A stretch of DNA of 64,000 nt from contig NW_003314353.1 of the NCBI RefSeq assembly GCF_000143415.4, positions 534,371 through 598,370 of the forward strand. The letters run 5' to 3'. This DNA is from Selaginella moellendorffii. Lineage: Eukaryota > Plantae > Lycopodiophyta. The translations under genes were made by a program, and so were the position numbers. A model generated the notes under the pieces. The model saw only the letters and a program-made list of their open reading frames with translations, was not told the DNA's origin and ran no database searches. This document shows positions 23,628-38,796 of the stretch, one piece after another. Numbering within the stretch: the first letter of the stretch is position 1; the number at the start of each line of letters is the position of its first letter.

Positions 23628-25094
23628 ATGGCGACTACTGCCACAGTCGCGGTCACGACAGTCGGTCCCCCTTCCGCGCCGCCGCCGCACACCTCCGAGG
23701 AGGAGATCGCCAAGAAGAAGAACACCGATTGCGTCTATTTCCTGGCATCGCCTCTTACATGCAAGAAGGTATTGTTTTGTCTTTCTTTCTTCTTTGGTGA
23801 TCCTGGTGGTTCTTGTTCATCGGCATTTTCTTTGACTGTCTGCAGGGCGATGAGTGTGAATTCCGGCACAGCGAGAGCGCCAGGCTGAATCCCAGAGATT
23901 GCTGGTATTGGGTGGGCGGGAATTGCCGCAACAGGGAGTGTCCATTTCGCCATCCGGTATGTTTTCCACTCATCTTTCGCGTACTTAGGAATTTTTTCTT
24001 TTTTGTTTGCTATGATGCTAGATTGATCGAAGTAGAAGCTGCTCTGCTCTTTGTTTTTTTTTTTTTCTTTTTTTTTCTTTGGTCTTCTCTCTTTGTTTGC
24101 TAATTATTCCGTTCTTCATTTTCTCGTACAGCCTATAGAGAGTCGCCCAGCAGCAGCTGCTCCGCCACCAACACCACCCGTGCCAAAGAAACCCGTCCCG
24201 TGCTTCTTCTTCTCCCAGGGCTGCTGTGCCAAGGGAGCCAAATGCCAGTTTCTTCACGAGGGTCCGGCATCAAATGCGATGGTGTACAGGCTCTCCGATT
24301 CCTCCAAACCAGCAACACAGGATTCCAGCAAGCCCAAAGTGGAGCCATCGACTGTGGAAGCCACTCAACTGCAGCAGCAGGGTAGCACAGGATCGCAAAC
24401 TCCTGACAAGAGGAAAGACAATGTCTACCGCCTCCAGGATGGTCCGAGGAAAGGGAAACTAGCAGCACCAGCAGCAGCAGGACCTTCCAGGGAATCGTCC
24501 GAGGACTTGAACAACGATCAATCCGCCAACAGGACCGGCAAGCCACACAAGGAGAGCTTTACGTGGAAGCTATCGGACAGCCCCGCGGCGCAGAAGCAAC
24601 CAGCGGCACAATCCTCGGAGGCCTCACCCCCGCAAAGGAAGGCAGAGAAGCACAGCCGGAAGTCGAGCTCGTCGAGCGGTGAGATGGACAGGAAGAGGAG
24701 GGAGTCAAACGCGAGCAGAGGGTCCGACGGCGGTGACAGCAGCGAAGTGGTGGCGGAGGATTTCGCAGGGCCGAAGAGCCTGGCTCAGATCAAAGAGGAG
24801 AAGCGCAAGAACGAGGATTTGGAAGAGCCCGGCTCGGCATTCAAGGCCAAGAGAAAGCCGAGCGGCCAAGGTGGTGGCGGTGTTCGTAGGAAGCTATGTA
24901 ATGGATCGAGCAGCGGCGCTCATGGCGGTGACGGTGATGGTGGCGGTGAGGGTGATGGTGGCGGTGAGGGTGACGGTGGCGGTGAGGAGGGCGAGGACGG
25001 TGAGAACGTGACGGGCATGGAGATCAACGGCGCAGATGCTGCCATGCATGCTGACGAGGACGAGTTTGCCCGGAAGCTTGCAGGATTGTTGTAA
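23628..25094 (+). CDS. CCCH-type zinc finger protein (exons 23628-23768, 23846-23956, 24132-25094)
   Basis: DCVYFLASPLTCKKGDECEFRH, DCWYWVGGNCRNRECPFRH, PCFFFSQGCCAKGAKCQFLH; C-terminal FAGPKSLAQIK and DEDEFARKL motifs typical of this plant C3H subfamily. Confidence 0.9.
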
Positions 25095-25199
25095 CTCGGA
25101 GAGAAAAAAAACAAAAATTTACGAACAAAAACTCTGGTATAGTGGTGCGAGGGGTTTTGTGAGTTTTAGGCGGTGACACGGTGGCTCTCTCTCAGCCAC

Positions 25200-25263
25200 C
25201 CAATCGGTCGGTTGGGATGTTCCAGCGCTAGCCCGGAAGTCTCTAGAATACAAGGTCTTTATA
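25200..25263 (+). promoter_or_regulatory. HSP70 promoter: CCAAT, imperfect heat-shock element (GAAgtCTCtaGAA, 25236-25248) and TATA-like TTTATA
   Basis: nGAAnnTTCnnGAAn-like array with one mismatch just upstream of the TATA-like motif. Confidence 0.45.
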
Positions 25264-25331
25264 GTAGCACAGCATTATCGGGCTCTAGGGCTAGGGATTT
25301 TGGCCGCGAGAAGGAAGGAAGCGAGAGAGCG

Positions 25332-27897
<2,566 letters not shown>

Positions 27898-29708
27898 AGA
27901 CTCAACACACACACGCAACGCAAAGCAAACACGCGAGAGATAAGTATGGCTTTCCTTCGTTTTCTCGTCTTTCCTTCTTTTCTATAAGCCGTGCGAGTGG
28001 GAAAGCTTCACAGATTCCTATGGTGTCAAATTTTTGTTAAATAGAGGAGGAGAAACAAAGCTTGCAAAAAGTTCTGAAAACAATGTTATGAGATTATCGA
28101 CATTTCTTCTATATGGGAAAAGGAGAAGAGTTTGTTTATATGGTTTTGTGCTTTTATTTTTTGATTCCCTAGGTAGGTGCTAAGAGCACAACAATGTCAA
28201 CACAAAGCTAAGTGTCTGGACTGTGTTCCTGACTGGTAGCTTGGGCCATGACACAAATGCCCAGGGGGCTTTGTACGGCGGTGACAGAGGGACTTTGTAC
28301 GGACTGGTTGTCATGTTTCTCGATCGTATCTGGCAATCAAAGCTGTGAGTTCTCGATCATAACACCTCGCTAAAGCTTCCAGCTTCAAATCGATTTCTTT
28401 TTATGTATGCGAAGAGGAACGTTTGTTTGTGCATTTGGTAAGCTTAAAGCTGGAAAGCCCAAGCGAGCAGTGACAAAAAAGTAAGGACAAAGATGGTCCA
28501 CACAGCAGACAGTACCATAGTGGAGGGGGTAATTTAAAAAATCCCCAAAAATGCAAAAACAATGTAAAAAAAAAAGAGTTTTTACTTGTAGCTTTTGGTG
28601 TTATGTTCCAGAACTTTCCGGCCGTGTATCGGAATATTTTTGGATCGCAGTAGTACCTACGGAGATAAGAACGCAATTGAGAGTTTTTATCAAACTGCAC
28701 GAGGCATTTTGTACGTCATGGTAAAAACAATGCAAAGCTGCCGTATTTGAAACCATAGAAAATCGTAAGAAGTAATAGAATAGATTACAAAGGTGATGTA
28801 ACCCTCACAGAGATCTTCGTCTAACACCTTGGTTTGATTTGAAATGGACAAAGATGGCGGTTTAGAAAATTGCCAATGCACCAACAAATTACAGCCGCTT
28901 TGTATAATCAGCGTATTCTTTTTTTTTCCCTTGTGATGCGGCTGCTACAACCATCGCCCTCCCATCAGACCTTCCTTTCACATACTCCCAGTCAAGAAAA
29001 GCAGCGTCAGCATCCGACGTGGGGCCCACCTCCAGCTCATCGCCCAAGTGGCTCCGTCGTGGCACTACCCGTTCTGCCCGGATGTGCCACTTTGCTGCCC
29101 AGCGAAACCGGGGCAGCACGGTCAGCACGGTCAACTTTATTTTAAAAGAAGGTCACGACACGTCAGCAGCTCGATATATAAATCCCACCATAGCAAGCCC
29201 TATTGTAATGCCGCCATACGTTCTTCGTATAGTCCACCAACGACTACTTTTGCGTAGGCTACAGTATAGCGATAGTGCGCATATGCTTCGCGAATCTTTC
29301 CGTACGTAGAGCGCAATAGTGACTGGTGACATTTTTGTGTGTTTGTTTCAATCCCGGGGAGGGGAGGGGATGAATTTCTTCCCAAGCAAGAGGGCGTGAG
29401 AGGGGCGCGCAAGGGCGCAAGGGCTGGGGACTAGCGCCATCGCGGTGGCAGCATGAATCGCAGGTCAGATCTCGCTCCGGCAGCTCGGCAAGCGATCTAG
29501 CGATCTAGCGCCATCGAAATTTGGATGAAATATCGCTCTGTCTCGCTCCAGGCGCAGGGTTTTGGCAGCCGCTGGACGAGATTTCTCGGCGCATTGCTGG
29601 ATCTTTGGCAGCGCTCGCCCGCGGCGGCATTGTCATTGGAATTCAGGGCTCTAGCAGGCACGAGGACCTAATCAACAAGCGCGCTCCTTCCAAGGGATTT
29701 TTCCAGCC

Positions 29709-32067
29709 ATGTCAGAGGATCATCAGCATAAAATCCAGGAACAGCTGCCAGAAATCGACTACTGCCCGAACGATAGCCCGCCATGGCGTAAGCTCCATTC
29801 CTCCTCTCTCTCTTCGACCTTAAGAGCTCTTCTCTGATTGTGATGCTGTTTCTTGCAGCTCAAACTATCCTCCTTGGATTCCAACATTTTCTAACAATGA
29901 TAGGAACCACGGTGCTCATTCCAAGCCTAGTGGTGGGCAATATGGGCGCTACCAACGTAAGCCATAGCCATGTCTTGGCATTGCAATGGGGTTCGTTTGA
30001 TTACTCACCACTACTGTATCAAATCGATGCAGGAACAAAAGGCTCGGGTGTATCAGACATTGCTGTTTGCTTCGGGGATAAACACTTTGATCCAAACGTT
30101 TGTTGGAACAAGGTTGCCCGTCGTTGTAGGTGGTTCCTTTGCGTATATTATTCCCATAACATCGATTACCAACTCGCCAAGGCTACGATCCATATACTAC
30201 GATCACGATGTAAGTGGAAAAAAATCGTGCCCTCGGATTCGTTGATTCTGAAGGGTTGTTCTTTCCAGAGATTTGTTCACACGATCAGGGCAGTTCAGGG
30301 TGCAGTCATTCTTTCCTCTATCTTACAGATAATTTTAGGATTTAGTGGTCTATGGGGGATCATGTTGAAGTGAGTGCTTGGGTCTTCGTGTGCTATACAG
30401 ACTTATATTTGTTACAGGTACATTTCTCCTACAACTTATGCGCCTGCAATTATTTTGCTTGGTCTCGGCTTTTATGAGTATGGCTTTCCAGGAGTACGTG
30501 GTTTCTTCAAAATCTAGTTGATTATATATAGTGGCTTTTCTGCAGATAGCCAAGTGTGTAGAAATCGGACTGCCAGCGTTGATCATTCTTCTCCTCTTTT
30601 CTCAGGTAAGCTGTCGTTAACTTCGTAGTGAACGTCTGAAGTGTTGTGGGCTCTGGCAGTATTTTAAAGCTTTGTCAAGAAAGAAGCTACCAGTTTTTGA
30701 GCGCTTCCCGATTATCGTGACAGTAATAATATCATGGGCCTATGCATATATTTTGACTGTAAGTGGAGCATATAGAGCCGCGACAGAGAAAGGAAAAGAC
30801 CATTGCCGCACGGATCGTGCTCATCTAGTTGGATCTTCTCCCTGGTACGTAGACATTTATACTGTTCTTCGCAAACAGGCTGATGAAACATGAATTGTTA
30901 TACAGGATAAGACTTCCATATCCGTTGCAATGGGGCGCTCCTACATTTGATGGGGGCTATACATTCGCCATGATGGCTTCCGCCCTCGTTGCTCAGATTG
31001 AGGTGTGCTTTTTTTCTATCGAGTTTTGGTGCTGAGACCGTAGCGTTTTCTTTTATTTCAGTCAACTGCAGCCATTTATGCTGTCTCACGGCTCGCAAAC
31101 GCCACGCCGCCTCCTCCTTTTGTTGTTGGTCGTGGAATTGGATGGTTGGTAAGACATTTAGTATTCAGTCCAGTGCATTATTATGGCTAACTTCTTTCTC
31201 AACACAAACAGGGATTCGGGACGCTTCTGAACGGCTTGTTTGGAACCGTGGTAGGACCAACTATATCACCGTAAGGATTTTCTTAGACCACATTCTAGAT
31301 CACACGGTGACTTGGTCTTGTTCTGTCCACAGAGAAAATGCGGGTCTCGTTGGAATTACTCGTGTTGGTAGTCGTCGCACGGTGCAAATCGCGGCGATTT
31401 TTATGCTGGTCTTTTCGATCTTAGGTAAGCACGCTTGCAAAGTCGTATCTGGATGCTCACATTCTCCACCTGCAGGTAAATTTGGGGCAGTGATAGCTTC
31501 CATACCACAATCGATTGTCGCTGCTATCTACTGTGTGACGTTTGCGGTCTTAGGTGAGATATAGACATCTTGCAAGCCTTTTTTTTTTTTTTTTTTTCTC
31601 AAATGCTTCTTGTCTTCTTTTCCTTTTACTCGTGGCAGCTGCCGTTGGGATTTCGTATTTGCAGTTTGTCAACTTGAACATCACCCGGAATCTTTTTATC
31701 CTCGGCTTCGCCCTGTTCATGGGATTCTCCGTCCCACAGTACTTCTACGAGTTCAGATCGACCAGCAACCATGGCCCAGTTAACACAAATGCGGAATGGG
31801 TAATTTTTCTTGTCACTGTTTTAACTCGTCTAAAACGTTTGTTTCGCGCTTGGACAGTTTAACGACATACTCAACACCTTATTTTCTTCAAACGTTCTGG
31901 TGGGATTTGTGCTGGCTGTGCTCCTGGACAGCACCTTGAAAGCGCATAAGAAGGATCGGGGAATGGGGTGGTGGAAGAAGTATCACAAGTGGGATCATCC
32001 AACAAATGAAGAATTCTACAAGCTGCCTCTCAATATGAACAGATATTTTCCTCCTCCACACTACTAA
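29709..32067 (+). CDS. Nucleobase-ascorbate transporter (NAT/NCS2, xanthine-uracil permease family), multi-exon
   Basis: [56 protein letters not shown] signature [49 protein letters not shown]; stop at 32065-32067. Confidence 0.93.
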
Positions 32068-33128
32068 GAGACCAATAAAATTTCGGTGACCTTTTTTAAC
32101 TGTATAGAATCTCCAAGATTTGCATTTTCAGCCACTCAAAATGCAAGCATAAACCAGCTTGAAAGCTTTCTGAAGTGACTTTCTCATACGAAGATCACCA
32201 AGAACTTGGAGACATTCTTTTCTTTTTTTTGGAAGAACAAAGTTTCATTAAAAACATGCAAAGTTAAACATGTATTTTGTTTTGTTTTTTAGGCTGCAAT
32301 CAAATAGAATAGAACAGAATAGCCTTTTACATATTTGTCTAATATTTGTTTTGGTTTGTGGTATTTGGTGATTTTCAAGAGGAAGATTGCCATTGGGTGG
32401 TTCATGAGAGATTGAACTCGGTAATAAGTGCACTCTCAAGTGTGTTTGAATGTATGTCTCCCTCGTAGCAGAGTTGGCAAAGTCGCTCCTCCCACTGTAG
32501 CCATGGTTCGTGATAAGGATCAGCATCGTTGATATGTATTCTATCAAGTGGGAGATTAGGTGTGGCTATCTTCCTAGAACTTAGCCACCTTAGGAGAATG
32601 ACTCCCAAACAGTCAATGTAAGCAGCCAAGATCATCTAATTGCAGTAAATTAATCAACTCTTTTCAACCATGTTTTGAAGAGATAGTTGAAGGGCTGTAT
32701 AAGCTTGTTACCACCAGGAACATGGAGAGTCGGGTGCAAGCATGGCGAGCTTGTTCCTGCGGTCACATGACTTTTGACCATTCTTAAAGTTAGTTAAATG
32801 ACACATACAAAGCCATAATATTCTCTGTTGCAGTAAAATTCTCAATAATGACTAATCTAGATCAAGGGGAGGGAAGTGTTTTTTAGTGGATTTGCTGGGA
32901 CAACCATGTAGAGATGTCCTCTTGATAACATAGATGGAACAAGCCTTAACAGGCAGGCACACGCTAGTTAAATTGATTGCACTGTTGCCGACCGTTGGTC
33001 GACCAGCCTAGCATGGTTACAAGTGGAAAGTCGCTCCATTCAGCTGCAAGCCTGTCTCTGAGAGAGTCTGGAACACAAGTACTTGGTTCATGTCTCCAAC
33101 CATAGCCCATGAGAGCACTCCACAGTGT
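31720..33128 (+). repeat. Source copy of a ~1.4 kb segment duplicated at 50167-51463
   Basis: Near-identical sequence: last two NAT exons (the first partial), their intron and the 3' flank. Confidence 0.95.
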
Positions 33129-33980
33129 CAAGTTCGTGATTGGATGGAGTCATATCGAATGTGTCCTCCACACTTGCTGTAGAAATCTACCAGAGAGACC
33201 TTCAAACGCAAGCATCAAACACAATCCTTCCACTTTCTCTGGTAAGGCATGAGTACGTTTTCGTGTTGTCTAGCAGCTGAAAAGAGCCCAAAAACCTGGG
33301 TGGTGAATCTTTAAGACGATCCAACCATGAGCAGGCGCAAGACGTATTTGACACTCTCAATATAAAAGCACCATGCCATCATAGACAATGGTGGCATATA
33401 AGCTTCACGCATGGACTGCATTGCTAGGGATGGATCTCCACAAACTCCTTTTGGCGAACACAGCATCAGTGAGCATGGTGAAAGGAATGCCGCTCAGCCA
33501 TGTGTGGTGGCATGGAAGACAATGCTAGCTGTGGCCCGAAAGTGGCAGAAGGTGGAGATTGAAAGGATGGCATTTCAAGGGCTGGTAGCACTGGAGGTGG
33601 AGGTAGACAAGGATGAAGCTGGATCCACATTTGCGCTGATGGCAAACATCTACACTAGAACTGAGATGTGGGAAAAACATGCATAGGTTCTCAAGGAATA
33701 AGAAGAGCTTGTTTGTGGTAAGTTAGTATCTCCTTTCAGTTCTTCCGGAACACTGAAAGAAGAAGCTATGAGTGAGTGCTGTGATTCTGGGAATACTCAA
33801 GGCATGTATTAGAGCCAAGGTTGGAAAATCATTCATGATAATCCAGTTTAGAGCGATCACTACTCTTTACATGGCGAGTGGTCTGGTTTATACGGCAGCA
33901 TGGTGTTCGCAGTAGGTCTTTGATGGGATGACCAACAGGATACAGTGTCGTGGAACTCATTGATTCAAGGATACTCATAA
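32700..33980. pseudogene. Decayed PLS-class PPR gene fragments on both strands
   Basis: Minus strand: SLVDFYSKCG and TLWSALMGYG. Plus strand 33411-33686: E-domain-like QPCVVAWKTML...FALMANIY. Plus strand ~33915-33975: VFDGM / DTVSWNSLIQGY across a frameshift. Confidence 0.7.
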
Positions 33981-34058
33981 TCTCTTCCATGATTCAAGAG
34001 GCACCATCATGGTCTGAGGCATCTCAATCAACAAGTAGAGACCAAGATTCTATAGATG

Positions 34059-34349
34059 CTAAAAAATGATCACGAGCCAAGGGCTTGGTGAAGATATTGG
34101 CCACCATCTCTCCTGTAACACAGTACACCAGCTTGAGGATCTCCTCTTCAGTCTTCTAATGAACAAAATGATGATGAGTGTCAAAGTGCTTGGGTGGCAA
34201 TGGTAGTGAGGGTTGGCAGCCAGAGCTATACAGCTCCAGTTATCACACCACAGCCTTGTTGGAACTTGCTGAGGAAGGCCAACCTCTACAAGTAAGGCTC
34301 TGAGCCACACGAGTTCTTTAGCCATGTGAGAGGCACTTAGCATTGCCAC
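34059..34349 (-). mobile_element. Ty1/copia RNase H fragment
   Basis: KELVWLRALLVEVG...LWCDNWSCIALAANP; after a frameshift, KHFDTHHHF...MVANIFTKPL. Confidence 0.85.
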
Positions 34350-34914
34350 CTCTTTTCAAAGACTATTGTTCATTGAACAATTTAAGGAAATGTTTGTCAT
34401 CAATTTTGTACTTCCGATGATTATAATACTTATTAGCCAATCCCTTATTTCATTCTTAAACTTGTCTCATGTTTAACTTTGTTAACTCAAATTTGTCTTA
34501 CATATCTTCCAAAAGAAAATCACAAATATAAAGCACTCAAACTAAAGTCAAACTCAAAGCTATGGGAGACCTTGGTTAATAGCTATATTGATTGTTGAGT
34601 GTTATTGTGAGTAAATTGAAGAAAAACTAAATATTTATTTATAATGCATATGGTTTTCATCTTTTACCCTATAATGAATTATAATAGAATAACCATAGAG
34701 CAAAACCTTAACCTTTGGACATGTGGCCAAGAGCAATGGAGCAAAATCTAAGTTTTAATGCCCAAGGCTACTGAACAAAGGAAACTCCCAAAGAGTGAAA
34801 CAATTAAAGCACATAATGACTCTAGAGTATATATTCTAAGGAGCAAAGAGACAAAGTATAAAATGACATTAGAATAGTCTTAAAGCATTCAACATCTTAA
34901 TTCCATGATTATTA

Positions 34915-35158
34915 TGCAAAACAAGGCTAAATAGAATTTGGTGCTATTTCAGCAACTGGTTAACACAAAAATATGGATATTCTACTAATTAGCATGGTAT
35001 GGAGTTTAAAGTTAAACCCAAGTTAAATGTAGAACAAGGATAGATATACAAAACAAAGCCAAATAGAATTTAGTGCTACCAGTTAACACATTAATTAGCA
35101 TGATATGGAGTTTAAAGTTAAACCCAAGTTAAATGTAAAACAAGGATAAACACATAAA
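34915..35158. repeat. Imperfect two-copy tandem repeat (~110-135 bp units)
   Basis: aaatagaattt.gtgcta...taattagcatg.tatggagtttaaagttaaacccaagttaaatgta.aacaaggata occurs twice. Confidence 0.8.
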
Positions 35159-36152
35159 TAAAGGAGTTAAACTATACCTTTAGCCAAACCTAACTTACCC
35201 ACTACCCTTATTATACATTTGAACCCTTTACAAAGTTTTGCATCTAGTTTAGGTCTAATCTGAAGCTTTATACTATGTTAATTAATAAAGTATTTATATC
35301 CTCACATTAGGCTACTTATATAAATAAAGTTTTAGAACATAACACTTCAAGAAAAAAATGTTTTTAAGAATACAACCTTTCAATTATTTGAATATAAATG
35401 CATTCAATCTTGGTGAAGAAGAAAATTTTGGCTACAACATTTTAATTACATGCTTTAAACTGTTAAATGTTTTTTTCTAATATTTTTATTATATTTTTAT
35501 AGTGTTATGGCTGTCATATTGTGGATCTAACAATATTCACTATACTAATAACAATAAAGAGAGTGAGAATTGGTGGATTCAATAAAAAAAGATAGTATAG
35601 CTAAAAAGGATTAAAATAGTGATCTAGCCTATTTTATTATAAGAAAATACATGATAAAATTTGTTTAAAGAATTTTCAAATACTTGGTGAAACATAAATA
35701 TTGATATTATTCAATTATAATTTTAGCTGATTTAATCCCAAAAAAATGGTGTAATTTTCTTTAGATATGTTGTGATTTTACTAGAGCTTAAAATATTGAA
35801 GTTGACATCTTTGGGATCAATTGCCTATGGTTGATTACCCTTTTCATATCACTTCACTTTATAAAGTGTGATATTGAATTATAATTAAAACATATTTGTG
35901 TTTTTATAAGTGACATATTTAAAACAAACAAATTTCTTTTGAAATTGTTTCATATACTCATAAAATTGATAGCACTTACGGTTTCAGTGGCAGACAAATA
36001 TACGATAATGGTGTTAAGAATATACCGCAATGGTGCTTAAAGAATATGCCACCATGGTGAATAACGAATGTACCAAGAAAATCCTAGCTAGATGGTGGTA
36101 ACATATGTTATGAACCACCTTTTTCTTGTATAAATAGGGTTTGGCAGGGCTT

Positions 36153-38796
36153 ATGGAGCCCATGGAGGTGGATGATCCGGTTTCTGGCTTGTCAAGGGAA
36201 ATCCGGGAAGTTGAACAGCAGATTGCTGTGGTTGAGGGCCAAATTACAGGGGTTGAGCGCCAAATTAGTGCCATTGAGGGGCAACTGGAGCAGCCAAATG
36301 ATCCCAAGGAGGAGGAGCGGCTGGTCAAGAAGGAGGAGCAGCTGCGCGAGAAGGAGAAGCAGCTGCGCAACGAGGAGCAGCAGCTGCGCGAGAAAGAAGC
36401 AGCTGCGCAACGAGAAGAAGCAGCTGCGCGAGAAGGAGCAGCAGCTGTGGGATAAATTCAAGGGTAAGCCTTTGTTGATCTCATTGTTTTTCTTTCCCTT
36501 TTAGATCTCTCTTTTGGCTTGCGTTGTTTTTTCTTGCAGAACCAGTCAAAGCGGTTTTGACTGTCGCAAATATAGATAGTCTCTTGGATAGGTTTTGGCA
36601 TGAGTTGCGCAAGCCAAATCTTCAGTATCCCAAGGCGGATGCGTTTCTGGTGGATTTCCCAACGTGTAAAGTCCCACTGCCAAAAGATCCTACAGATGAA
36701 TGCCCCCACCTCTTGTGGCATGCACTAGACCAGCCTTTCGAAACATCCAAGCGTATCATAGAGGTAACTAACGAAGCGCGGCCGACCCTCACCGTTCTCT
36801 TCAACGTGTCGGGATCGGGGAAGACCAGGACATTATATGAGATCGCTCTAGCGCAGCGTGGGCTCTTCTTTGTGGGGGTCTCTGACACTGATACTGGAGC
36901 TGAAGGTTCAGGAGATCTCAAGTTAGTGACATCAAAGTTGCTGGAGCTGTATCCAACTGGAGACATTCCAGAAGTTAGTGCTGCAATCTGCCTCAAAGCC
37001 TTGCTCATCAGCAGGTTTTATTTGCTGGGGCAGGTGGAGAAAATGGGCGATTTGACGGGTCAGGCATGGCTCTTCAAGCAGGTTGCACTCCAGCATTTCT
37101 ATGGCTTCAAAGATCCGTTCAAGGCGCTCACCATTAGACTTTTAAACTTGATAGGACTTGGAACGCATTGAAGGTCAGTTCCAGGGGGTATTGTATCGTC
37201 TAAAAGGGAATTGGGATGGTCCGATTATATTTGACGAGTGTCAAATAATAAATTGCTGGTTGGAGAAGCGCTTTTCACCATCGATTCTTGGTTGTAGCAG
37301 CAGATCATTTCTCGACATTCTTGTGCCGGCACTCGTAAATTGTGGATTTCGACAATTATACTATGCAGGCACAAGTGGTAGTATGCTAGCCGTGGCACGG
37401 GGTATCTCTGCCACTTTGAAGAGAAGAGCTTCTGTTATGGTCTTCCATGGATTTGGTGGATTCACCACTGTTGAGGACTTCAAGCTCTATGCTGGGAAAC
37501 TACTCCGAAGTGTGGATGGTATTGATATGCAGAGGGTCTGTGATTTGTACAAAGGGAGGTACAGGTTCTTTGTCACAGCACTTGAGCATTTCATTGGGAG
37601 CAAGCGTCCCTTGGAGCAGGCAACAGAATTCCTGATTGGCTTTTTTGAGAAGATGTGCACCTCGAGTAAGATCAGTCGTTCTCAGGAGGGTGTACCGAAC
37701 AAATCAGAATTGGAAGTCTACATGGATAAGACGGTCCTGAGGGATGTGGAGCTGTTTTTTGAAAGGACTCGGAATGCTGCAGCGGTCAAGGAGCTAAAGG
37801 TGATACTGTATCACCAGATGTTTGGGTCTATATCCACTGTACTCAACATCAACAATCCATCTCTGAGCCTTGTGGAGTTCGGGTTAGCCTGGCTAAGCAG
37901 GGGAGACAGTGTTGCGTTGGAGGACTTGGATAAGTTCTCTGCAGAGCAGGACAGAGACATTTGGATCAAACTGCAGGAACCTGCTGTCATTCGAGCTCTT
38001 TTCCATTATTTTAGTAATTGACCAATAATCTTTGATAAGTTTTGTCAGCAGGCAGTTTAAAGCTAAGGGCCAAGGCAGTGATATGACAGTGACAGTGGGT
38101 CTTGAGTCTGAAAGGCTGGTGGGGTTTATGGTTGACGCATTGGACGGAAAGGCTCCTGTAGACTTTGTGTCTCGCTTTCTTCAGAATCGCTTTGTAAAAC
38201 TGAGCAACAACAATTTTGAAGTTCCTGCAATATATCTTGAGAAGGCAAAGGTGGTGATGGCATGCCTTGCAACAGGAGTTGTGACAAAGATGTGCGGTAA
38301 AAGTCAGGAGTTGTGACAAAGATGTGCGGTAAAAGTCACACCCATGGCTCTGACTGTTATACACTTGGGAGCAGTATCTCGACGACATTGAAGGGCAGGC
38401 TGACGCACTGCCAATGGTTCTCTGGACTGGTGATGGTGGCTGGGGTGCCTTCCGTCCAGACGCGTTGTTTTTTCTCACCAATGACTATGAGTCAGAGCGG
38501 CGGCTCATTCCTTGCTCATTACAGATGACAGCCGGGGATGATGCGAAGGTGAAATTTCAAGTGCTTTGGACAGGATCTGGAACAGTTTGGTTTCAACTCT
38601 TTTGCAGGTCAACTCCCTAGTGGTGGGCGGCTTTCCCCACTGAAACGGCAAAATGTTGAGGGGGTCATACAGCCATTATGTGGAGTGATTGGTGGCAATA
38701 ACGTGTCTTTGTATCTGAAAGAGTGGTTGATTGATTCGGTCTGGGTTCTTAAAGTTAATGTATAAAAATCTACAAGTTCCCATCGAGAACCTGTAA
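36153..38796 (+). pseudogene. Crinkler (CRN/CR)-like coiled-coil + P-loop NTPase + putative REase-fold gene, frameshifted
   Basis: Heptad repeats (E/K)EQLR(E/N)K; intron 36464-36539; Walker A FNVSGSGKTR, GSGDL, LLISRF, WLFKQ, Walker B IIFDECQ, YAGTS, FGGF, YKGRYRFF; C-terminal RPDALFFL...LIPCSLQMT. About five frame disruptions; 3' end approximate. Confidence 0.7.

Noticed and set aside
36524-38021. Possible NB-ARC/NLR resistance gene
   Set aside because: No RNBS, GLPL or MHD motifs and no LRR; the motif pattern fits a Crinkler-type NTPase better.
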